Assembly (NCBI GenBank): GCA_036517375.1
Contig: DATDWM010000018.1
Span: 9,004-73,003 of the forward strand
Length of the DNA: 64,000 bases
Reading direction: 5' to 3'
DNA from: Minisyncoccota bacterium
GTDB lineage: Bacteria > Patescibacteriota > Minisyncoccia > Phycocordibacterales > UBA9973
In this document: one piece after another, positions 56,444-64,000 of the stretch
Numbering within the stretch: position 1 is the stretch's first letter
How the letters are laid out: each line of letters starts with the position of its first letter
The notes under the pieces: generated by a model
The model's input: the letters and a program-made list of their open reading frames with translations, nothing else
Told to the model about the DNA's origin: nothing
Databases searched by the model: none
Made by a program: the position numbers and the translations under genes

Positions 56444-57172
56444 GTGGCAGGAGAAAACTATACAATAAAAACACCTGTATTTGAAGGGCCGTTTGGCGTC
56501 CTGTTAGACCTTATAGAGAAACGGAAGCTTTTTATTAATGACCTGTCGCTTGCCCAGGTTACAGAAGATTATTTAAAATACGTAAGTGAAATTCATGCTA
56601 GAAGTAATAATGAAATTTCAAACTTTATTGTAGTAACAGCAACGCTGATTTTAATCAAGTCAAAGTCCTTACTACCAGACTTAAATCTTACCACTGAGGA
56701 AGAAGGGGACATTAATAGCCTAGAAGAGCGCCTCCGTCTGTATGAAATTTTCACCAAACTTGCCGGAAATATCAAAAGTAATTTCAGTAAAAGAATAATT
56801 TTCGCGCCAATGGAGAGGAAGAATGATGTGTTGGTTTTTTTGCCCGACAGTCAGATAACCCGTGAGTCTATGATGGCTTTTGCCACTGAAGTATTGGGCA
56901 GAATTCCTAAGAAAACACCTCTCACTGAAGTAGAAGTAAAGAAAGTGATAAGCATTGAGGAGATGATAAACCAATTAACCGAGCGCATCCAGAATTCTCT
57001 CAAAATGAATTTCCATGACTTAAGTGGTATAGACGGGAAGCCTAAGACTAGAGAAGAAAAAGTTCTTGTGATAGTATCTTTCCTAGCAATGCTTGAGCTA
57101 GTACGTCAAGGAATGATGAACGCTATTCAAGAAAATAACGGGGAAGATATTTTTATAGAAAAAACAAGATAA
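56444..57172 (+). CDS. scpA: segregation and condensation protein A
   Basis: FEGP, LLDLI, LIKSKSLLP, SFLAMLEL. Confidence 0.9.
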   Translation: MAGENYTIKTPVFEGPFGVLLDLIEKRKLFINDLSLAQVTEDYLKYVSEIHARSNNEISNFIVVTATLILIKSKSLLPDLNLTTEEEGDINSLEERLRLYEIFTKLAGNIKSNFSKRIIFAPMERKNDVLVFLPDSQITRESMMAFATEVLGRIPKKTPLTEVEVKKVISIEEMINQLTERIQNSLKMNFHDLSGIDGKPKTREEKVLVIVSFLAMLELVRQGMMNAIQENNGEDIFIEKTR

Positions 57173-57195
57173 AGTAACTGAAAATTTATAAATTT

Positions 57196-57756
57196 ATGGA
57201 ATTAGAAAAAAAGATAGAAGCAGTATTGTTCTGGAAGGGGGAGCCTATGTCACGCAAAAAGCTGGGTGAGATTTTAAATGTGGGAATAACAGAAATAAAT
57301 GATAGTATCGAGAAACTAAAAAATAATTTGCAAGGTAGGGGAATAGCCTTACTTGAAAAGGATAATGAAATTACCTTTGGTACCGTACCAGAGCTTTCAA
57401 GCCTTATTGAAAATTTACAAAAAGAAGAATTAAATAAAGACCTCTCTCGCGCAGCATTGGAAACTTTATCGATAGTGCTTTATAAAAATGGAGCGAGTCG
57501 CTCTGAGGTCGACTACATCCGAGGAGTGAATTCCAGCTTCACCCTACGCGCCCTATCTGTGAGGGGGCTAGTGGAGAAGATTACTGACCCAGCGGACAGC
57601 CGCAGATATATTTATCGTCCGAGCTTTGAACTCCTGTCCTTTATGGGAATAAAGTCCGTGGAAGAGCTTCCAGCGTATAACGATATAAATAACTCGATTA
57701 AAATTTCTGCAGAAAACTTAGCTACGGAACTTTCCAATGACGCCGAACGAAACTAA
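57196..57756 (+). CDS. scpB: segregation and condensation protein B
   Basis: EAVLF, LSRAALETLSI, IRGVNS, ELP. Confidence 0.9.
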   Translation: MELEKKIEAVLFWKGEPMSRKKLGEILNVGITEINDSIEKLKNNLQGRGIALLEKDNEITFGTVPELSSLIENLQKEELNKDLSRAALETLSIVLYKNGASRSEVDYIRGVNSSFTLRALSVRGLVEKITDPADSRRYIYRPSFELLSFMGIKSVEELPAYNDINNSIKISAENLATELSNDAERN

Positions 57757-58618
57757 AAACGGATTACTTATAGCCTTATTTTTTATCGTGGCAGTGGTCG
57801 CCTTTTTTTCCTTATCTCACAATATTAAATTAAATAAACTCTATCAAATGGAAATAGAGAGTGAAGAGAGAATAAAACATACCTTAGACAGCACGCCAGT
57901 CGTAGCCCGAGCTGTCTCCGTGTACAACATAACCGAAAATAAAAAAGTCTACGGAAAGAATGATGATGTGTCTATACCAATAGCCTCTCTGGTAAAAATA
58001 ATAAACGTGGTTGTGGCATTAAATAATCATTCAAAAAATGAAATTGTGTATTTAAGTCCGGACTCCATAAAGCAAGCAGGGGATTATGGTCTTTTTGCAG
58101 ACGAGAAGTGGAAGATTGAAGACCTTGCGCGGTTAACCCTAATAAGTTCTGCCAACGACGGCGCATTTATGCTTGGAAGTAGTGAAAACTTTTTAGAAAA
58201 AATAAATACGAAGACGCAAAAATTAGGCGCCGAGGCTTCATCTTTCTTTAATACAACTGGACTCGATATAGATATCTCGCATCCAGGAGCATTTGCTACA
58301 GCTCTTGATGTGAACATTATGGCCATGTATGCCTTACGCGCATATCCAGAAATTTTTAATGTGACAACACAACCAGAAATAACCTTAACCTCCGAGTCGG
58401 GCTTTACACACACTTTCAAAAATACAAATATAATTTTAGACAAAATTCCAAACCTAATACTTTCAAAAACTGGCTACACTGACGCTGGGGGAGGAAGTCT
58501 GGCAGTAATATTTAAAGACCAAAAGGGAGATGATATTGCTGTGACAGTATTAGGATCTACATTTGAAGGACGTTTTACTGATATGGAAACACTGGTAAAT
58601 GTGTTGTATAATTTGTAA
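57737..58618 (+). CDS. dacA: D-alanyl-D-alanine carboxypeptidase (S11)
   Basis: PIASLVK, SSAND, KTGYT; N-terminal TM. Confidence 0.82.
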   Translation: MTPNETKNGLLIALFFIVAVVAFFSLSHNIKLNKLYQMEIESEERIKHTLDSTPVVARAVSVYNITENKKVYGKNDDVSIPIASLVKIINVVVALNNHSKNEIVYLSPDSIKQAGDYGLFADEKWKIEDLARLTLISSANDGAFMLGSSENFLEKINTKTQKLGAEASSFFNTTGLDIDISHPGAFATALDVNIMAMYALRAYPEIFNVTTQPEITLTSESGFTHTFKNTNIILDKIPNLILSKTGYTDAGGGSLAVIFKDQKGDDIAVTVLGSTFEGRFTDMETLVNVLYNL

Positions 58619-58647
58619 TTATGAAATCTGACGGGAATAACGGGATG

Positions 58648-58674
58648 AACGGCTCAACGGGCTGTTGAGCCGTT
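58648..58674. repeat. intergenic hairpin between dacA and mraY
   Basis: AACGGCTCAAC-GGGCT-GTTGAGCCGTT. Confidence 0.7.
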
Positions 58675-58696
58675 AAAATGTGCTATAATTACGGCC

Positions 58697-59752
58697 ATGC
58701 TAGTAAATTTAGTTAAAATCTCCATACCCACCGCTCTAGCCTTTTTTTTAGGCCTCGCCATTACCCCCCTTGCTACCCACTTTTTCTACAAATACAAAAT
58801 GTGGAAGAGGCACGGCCGGAATGGTAACGGGGTAGGGGACGAGTTCCAAAAAATTCACAACGAACATGCAGAATTAAATACTCCTCGAGTGGGTGGAATC
58901 ATAATCTGGGCTTCCGTGCTTCTAACCACTATACTTTTTTATTTAATATCCATCCTGCTTCCTACGGAAAATAATGAGAAAATGAATTTCCTAAGTAGGA
59001 ATCAGACCCTCATCCCATTTTTTACCCTACTTGTAGGCGCATTCATCGGACTCTGGGATGACTTAATCCAAATTTACGGAAAAGGTAAGTTTGCAAAAGA
59101 CAATAAATCCTGGAGACTCTGGAAGGCATCCCTCATTGCGGGTGTGGCGCTACTGATCGGAAGCTGGTTTTTCTACAAGCTTGGAATTGTCTCCATTCAT
59201 ATTCCATTCGGGGGAGAAATATTTTTAGGAATTTTCATTATCCCACTTTTCATACTAGTGGCGCTCGCAATATTCTCGGGTGGAGTTATTGACGGTATCG
59301 ACGGGCTCTCGGGTGGAGTACTTGCTTCCATCTTTGCCGCATATGCAGTTATTGCCTATTCTTTTAATCAAATAGACTTAGCTACCTTCTCTGGTGTTAT
59401 TGCCGGAGCGATATTTGCCTTTCTTTGGTTTAATATTCCGCCGGCTAGATTCTATATGGGGGAGACGGGCATAATGGGACTCACTTTAACCCTGGCAACT
59501 TTAGCATTCCTCACAGACACAGTGCTTATCCTGCCAGTGATCGCTATGCCTTTAGTCCTTACTTCAAGCTCGGTTATTTTACAAATGCTTTCTAAGAAGT
59601 ATCGTGGGGGTAAAAAAGTATTCAAGTTAGCGCCACTCCATCATCACTTTGAAGCTATCGGCTGGCCGTCCTATAAAGTAACCATGCGTTTCTGGATTCT
59701 GTCCATCATGTTTGCGATCATTGGAATAATTTTAGCGATAATGAGTAGGTAG
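58697..59752 (+). CDS. mraY: phospho-N-acetylmuramoyl-pentapeptide transferase
   Basis: TPRVGG, WDD, DGIDGL, WFNIPPARFYMGETG, APLHHHFE. Confidence 0.92.
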   Translation: MLVNLVKISIPTALAFFLGLAITPLATHFFYKYKMWKRHGRNGNGVGDEFQKIHNEHAELNTPRVGGIIIWASVLLTTILFYLISILLPTENNEKMNFLSRNQTLIPFFTLLVGAFIGLWDDLIQIYGKGKFAKDNKSWRLWKASLIAGVALLIGSWFFYKLGIVSIHIPFGGEIFLGIFIIPLFILVALAIFSGGVIDGIDGLSGGVLASIFAAYAVIAYSFNQIDLATFSGVIAGAIFAFLWFNIPPARFYMGETGIMGLTLTLATLAFLTDTVLILPVIAMPLVLTSSSVILQMLSKKYRGGKKVFKLAPLHHHFEAIGWPSYKVTMRFWILSIMFAIIGIILAIMSR

Positions 59753-59803
59753 GGAACTAGGCTTTAGGCGCTAGGCCTTAGTAGAGTACAAAATACAAAG
59801 AAA

Positions 59804-60907
59804 ATGGGAAACAAAAAGGTCGACAAATTTTTTCTGATAGTTGTTATTCTCTTGATTGGTATCGGAGTAGCTATCTTTGTCTCGGCTTCCTTGGGAATAT
59901 TGTCCAAAAATGCAACGACTTTCCGCTCCGTACTTTTTAATCAGCTAGTACTGGGTCTAGGCTTGGGCCTCATCGGTATGTATCTAGCTTCTAAGATTGA
60001 TTATAAATTCTGGCGACGCTACTCTCTTTTTATTTTCTTGGGCGCAATTTTACTCACCGCTAGTGTCTTTATCCCGTCCTTGGGCTGGAGCCACGGTGGA
60101 GCGCAGAGGTGGATTACTATTGGTCCAGTATCAATGCAACCAGTAGAATTCTTGAAATTCGGTTTCGTAATTTACTTTGCGGCTTGGCTTTCCTGGGCTA
60201 AAACCAGAGTAAAGGATTTCAAATTTGGAATCTTACCGCTTGCGATAATGCTATCGGTCATCGCTTTTATCTTGCTCAAACAACCAGACACAAAGAGCTT
60301 TATCCTCATTTCCGTTACTGGGTTTTCAATGCTTTTTATCTCCGGCGTTCCGATAAAATATGTTTTATACTTAGGGGCTGGATCAGCCCTTCTGCTAGGA
60401 TCGCTAGTCTTCTTTACCCCATACCTCCAAGAGCGAGTAAAAACCTTCCTAGACCCCTCCATAGACCCCAGGGGGGCTTCCTATCAAGTTCAGCAGTCGG
60501 CCATTGCCCTGGGCTCGGGAGGCATCTTTGGTAGGGGGTTTGGGCAGAGTATTCAGAAATTTAGCTATCTACCGGAACCACAAGGGGACTCCATCTTTGC
60601 TGTTTTAGGTGAGGAATTTGGTTTTATCGGAGTGTCGATGGTTATATTTCTTTACTCACTTTTTGCTTTGCGTGGTATGCGGATAGCGAACCGGAGCCCG
60701 GATTACTTTAGTGGACTTTTAGTGTCAGGAATTGTTATACTTATTGTAGTGCAATCTTTCATGCACATTGCTTCCGTCTCTGGAGTTTTCCCTTTGACTG
60801 GAGTACCACTTGTCTTTATGAGCCATGGAGGCACGTCCCTTATGATTTACCTTATCGCTACCGGCATGGTGCTACATATATCAAAATTTCAGAAAAAACA
60901 CTTATGA
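59804..60907 (+). CDS. ftsW: SEDS protein FtsW
   Basis: GAQRW, QPVEFLK, QPD, YQ, LPEPQGD, PLTGVPL, SHGGTS; between mraY and murG. Confidence 0.88.
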   Translation: MGNKKVDKFFLIVVILLIGIGVAIFVSASLGILSKNATTFRSVLFNQLVLGLGLGLIGMYLASKIDYKFWRRYSLFIFLGAILLTASVFIPSLGWSHGGAQRWITIGPVSMQPVEFLKFGFVIYFAAWLSWAKTRVKDFKFGILPLAIMLSVIAFILLKQPDTKSFILISVTGFSMLFISGVPIKYVLYLGAGSALLLGSLVFFTPYLQERVKTFLDPSIDPRGASYQVQQSAIALGSGGIFGRGFGQSIQKFSYLPEPQGDSIFAVLGEEFGFIGVSMVIFLYSLFALRGMRIANRSPDYFSGLLVSGIVILIVVQSFMHIASVSGVFPLTGVPLVFMSHGGTSLMIYLIATGMVLHISKFQKKHL

Positions 60908-62034
60908 AAATAGTTTTTACGGGAGGCGGAACTGGCGGGCATTTCTATCCAATTATCGCCGTTGCCCAAAAAGTAAACCAAATAATAGACCGCGAGAATA
61001 TTGTGGGTGCCAAGCTCTACTTTATTTCTTCGGACTCTTATGACAAGGAAATGCTGTACGAGAATGGTCTCCACTATGAAGAAATAAGCGCTGGTAAAAT
61101 GCGTACCTATTTTTCTTTCCGAAATTTTATTGATATTTTTAAAATATTTGGGGGCACTGTGAATGCTATCTTTAAATTATTTTCTATTTACCCGGATGTA
61201 GTTTTTGGCAAGGGTGGGTACGCATCTTTTCCTACTATTTTCGCCGCCTGGTTTCTGCGTATTCCGGTGATAATTCACGAATCAGACTCCGCGCCCGGCA
61301 GAGTAAATAAATGGGCGGGGCGCTTTGCTAAGAGAGTTGCAGTGTCTTTCAGGGAAGCTGGAGAATATTTTCCTAGAAATAAAGTGGCTTGGACCGGACA
61401 ACCGATCCGAACAGAAATAGAAAACGTAGCACCTAAAGAAGAAGCCCTTAAATATTTCAAATTTGAATCTAACCTTCCGACTATTCTAATCTTGGGTGGT
61501 TCTCAGGGTGCAGAATTAATAAATAACACAGTGATAGATGCGCTACCACTTCTCTTGGAAAAATATCAAGTTATCCATCAAACCGGAGTTAGAAATTTTA
61601 AAGCCGTGATCGACCAGGCAGATGTTGTACTGCAAACCAATAAAAATAAAGAAAGATATTTTCCCATTTCTTTTTTAAATCCACTTGGTATGAAGATGGC
61701 TTCCGGCGCAGCTACTCTTGTCATCTCCCGAGCCGGCTCTACGATTTTTGAAATAGCAACTTGGGGCATTCCTTCGATCTTGATTCCTTTCACGGAGTCG
61801 AATGCTGACCATGCTAGGAAAAATGCTTTCAATTACGCCCATGCCGGAGCCTGTAATGTGATAGAAGAAGCCAACATGACTGCTAATATTTTAAATTCGG
61901 AAATTGATCAAATAATCAATGATAAAACTAAGTATGCAAAAATGGCAGAGAGTGCTAAGATATTTGCTAAAGGAGACGGGGCTACTGTTATCGCTCGAGC
62001 CCTAGTGGACACCGCTTTGAGTCATGAGGGATAG
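60904..62034 (+). CDS. murG: MurG N-acetylglucosaminyltransferase
   Basis: GGGTGGH, GGY, HES, GGSQGA, SRAG. Confidence 0.94.
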   Translation: MKIVFTGGGTGGHFYPIIAVAQKVNQIIDRENIVGAKLYFISSDSYDKEMLYENGLHYEEISAGKMRTYFSFRNFIDIFKIFGGTVNAIFKLFSIYPDVVFGKGGYASFPTIFAAWFLRIPVIIHESDSAPGRVNKWAGRFAKRVAVSFREAGEYFPRNKVAWTGQPIRTEIENVAPKEEALKYFKFESNLPTILILGGSQGAELINNTVIDALPLLLEKYQVIHQTGVRNFKAVIDQADVVLQTNKNKERYFPISFLNPLGMKMASGAATLVISRAGSTIFEIATWGIPSILIPFTESNADHARKNAFNYAHAGACNVIEEANMTANILNSEIDQIINDKTKYAKMAESAKIFAKGDGATVIARALVDTALSHEG

Positions 62035-62050
62035 ATGCTAAAATAGCATT

Positions 62051-63373
62051 ATGCCCGAAAATAATGAGAAAAAAGTGGTAACTAGATTCGCCCCAAGCCC
62101 TACGGGCTTACTTCATTTAGGTACATATAGAACCGCTATATTTGCATATCTTTTTGCTAGAAAAAATAAAGGCCAGTTCATCCTGCGTATTGAAGATACC
62201 GACAAATTACGTGACAAAAAAGAATATGAAGAAAATATAATACAGAGCCTCGAGTGGCTTGGCCTTGAGTATGACGCCTTTTACCGTCAGTCGGAAAATA
62301 TAGCGAAGCACACTTTCTATTTAGAAAAAATGATCGCAGACGGAAATGCTTATATTTCCAAAGAAGAAGCAAAAGATGGTTCTGGAGCAATGAAAGACCT
62401 TGTGCGCTTTAAAAATCCAAATATTGATGTTACTTTTCACGACGAAATTAAAGGCGACGTAACCACCAACACTACAGACCTAGGAAATTTTATTATTGCA
62501 AGAAATTTACAAGAACCGTTGCACCACCTCACAGTAGTAGTAGACGATTTCGAAGAAGGTGTAACCCATGTAATTCGCGGAGAAGACCTTACTTCTAACA
62601 CTCCGCGCCAAATATTGATTCAAAGAGCAATAGGTGCGCCGACTCCGGTTTACGCCCATTTACCACTTGTCCTAGGTGGAGATAAATTAAAACTCTCAAA
62701 GCGTCGGGGAGCCCTACCAGCAATGGAGTATAAGAAATCTGGATATTTACCGGAAGCTGTCTTAAACGGAGTGGCTTTCGTAGGATGGAACCCTGGCACA
62801 GACCAGGAAATCTTTACCCATTTAGAATTAGTTGAATCTTTCGACCTATCTCGGGTACAAAAAAGTCCTGCTATTTTTAGTGAAGAAAAACTTGAATGGT
62901 TCAACAAAGAACACATGAAGCTTCTTTCAAAAGAAGAAGTGGAGAAAAATATTCTAGAAAATTTACCAACTGAATACAGAAATGAAAAACTTATTCCTGT
63001 AATTTTTGAACGCATTTCTAAATGGAGCGACGTGGAAGAAATGGTAAGGATGGGGGAGCTTGATGTATTCTTTAAGGCACCCGAGATGCTAGACAAACAA
63101 AAGCTAATTTTTAAAACTACTCCACCCGAGAAAATTAAAAATAATTTAGAAGTAGCAATCAAGGCGCTCAGCGAAATAATGGAAGAGAATTTTACTACCG
63201 AGAATGTCAAAACAGCCCTTATGCTAATTGCTGAAATGCTTGAAAGCAGGGGAGAGCTACTCCATCCTGTCCGATACGCCCTCTCTGGACGAGACAAGTC
63301 CCCCGATCCATTTATTATTGCCTCGATAATAGGAAAAAATGAAACAATTTCCCGACTACAAAAAGCCTTATAA
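62051..63373 (+). CDS. gltX: glutamate--tRNA ligase
   Basis: RFAPSPTG, HLG, RIEDTD, IRGED, KLSKR. Confidence 0.94.
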   Translation: MPENNEKKVVTRFAPSPTGLLHLGTYRTAIFAYLFARKNKGQFILRIEDTDKLRDKKEYEENIIQSLEWLGLEYDAFYRQSENIAKHTFYLEKMIADGNAYISKEEAKDGSGAMKDLVRFKNPNIDVTFHDEIKGDVTTNTTDLGNFIIARNLQEPLHHLTVVVDDFEEGVTHVIRGEDLTSNTPRQILIQRAIGAPTPVYAHLPLVLGGDKLKLSKRRGALPAMEYKKSGYLPEAVLNGVAFVGWNPGTDQEIFTHLELVESFDLSRVQKSPAIFSEEKLEWFNKEHMKLLSKEEVEKNILENLPTEYRNEKLIPVIFERISKWSDVEEMVRMGELDVFFKAPEMLDKQKLIFKTTPPEKIKNNLEVAIKALSEIMEENFTTENVKTALMLIAEMLESRGELLHPVRYALSGRDKSPDPFIIASIIGKNETISRLQKAL

Positions 63374-64000
63374 TTCTCTCTGGAGTTTTACTTTAGTTTC
63401 CATTTTTCTGAGCATTTTTTTAATTGTGCCGGCTATTTATTCCTATGCCCAAACAGCCAGTGAACTAGAAGATAAAATTGACCAGAAAAGCCGTGACATC
63501 GAAAAACTAGAAAAAGAAATCAAGCAGTACCAAGTACAGCTCGATACCCTAGGTAAGCAGAAAAGCTCTTTGAGTGGCTCCATCCAGGAACTCGACATCA
63601 CTAAGAAAAAACTGAACGCTGACATATCAGTCACTGAGGATAAGATAGACAAGACTAATTTAAAAATTCAAGGCTTAAGTTCACAGATTGTTAACAAGGA
63701 AGACTCCATTGGCAGCGCAACCCTCGCCATCGAACTTGATATTAAAAAAACAAACGAACTCGAGCAGGCGAGCTTCGTGGCTACTATTTTGTCGGAAAAT
63801 GACTTTACCCTCATCTGGAATGACATCGACAATATGGCCACCGTCCGAGACAGTATTAGAGATAATGTAAAGAAACTCCGGGTCGTAAAGGGTGAGCTCG
63901 AAGACACTAGGCAGAGTACAATAGATGCCAAAGCAGAACTCACATTCCTGCGGTCAAAGCTAGCCGACCAGAAAAAAATAGTAGAACAAAATACTAAAGA
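63339..64000 (+). CDS. secreted coiled-coil protein, probably peptidoglycan hydrolase (M23/EnvC-like), partial
   Basis: Manual translation: MKQFPDYKK, hydrophobic signal, YAQTASELEDKIDQKSRDIEKLEKEI long heptad region; runs off window end, catalytic domain not seen. Confidence 0.7.
   Translation, partial: MKQFPDYKKPYNSLWSFTLVSIFLSIFLIVPAIYSYAQTASELEDKIDQKSRDIEKLEKEIKQYQVQLDTLGKQKSSLSGSIQELDITKKKLNADISVTEDKIDKTNLKIQGLSSQIVNKEDSIGSATLAIELDIKKTNELEQASFVATILSENDFTLIWNDIDNMATVRDSIRDNVKKLRVVKGELEDTRQSTIDAKAELTFLRSKLADQKKIVEQNTK

Noticed and set aside
1-64000. CRISPR array, IS/transposase, prophage, rRNA
   Set aside because: No regularly spaced repeats, no transposase, integrase or phage ORFs, and no rRNA-like sequence were seen.

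Overview
Chromosomal segment of a reduced-genome bacterium using genetic code 11. It is most likely Patescibacteria/CPR (Parcubacteria, Nomurabacteria-like); this is inferred from truncated DnaX/RelA, a CPR-typical Cys-rich protein, few Shine-Dalgarno sites and short palindromic insertions. The backbone holds housekeeping genes (priA, mreB, holB, frr, rseP, rpmG, miaA, parB, relA/spoT, topA, dprA, serS, dusB, dnaX, scpAB, gltX), peptidoglycan genes (murA, ddl, mrdA, dacA, mraY, ftsW, murG) and three tRNAs (Trp, Leu, Gln). Standout features: (1) an AT-rich ~7.7 kb island after tRNA-Trp encoding an unexplained pathway (NDP-sugar epimerase, GT4, P-loop kinase, MBL hydrolase, nucleotidyltransferase, kinase-fold protein, His-phosphatase, methyltransferase, with HAD genes at both ends); (2) an 800-aa tandem-duplicated D-Ala-D-Ala ligase resembling the plant plastid enzyme; (3) a co-oriented oxidative pentose-phosphate plus near-complete de novo purine cluster, unusual for CPR; (4) pervasive -10 boxes 6-7 nt before start codons, implying leaderless mRNAs; (5) candidate structured RNAs and in-frame palindromic insertions. 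All family assignments come from motif recognition by eye; no searches were run.
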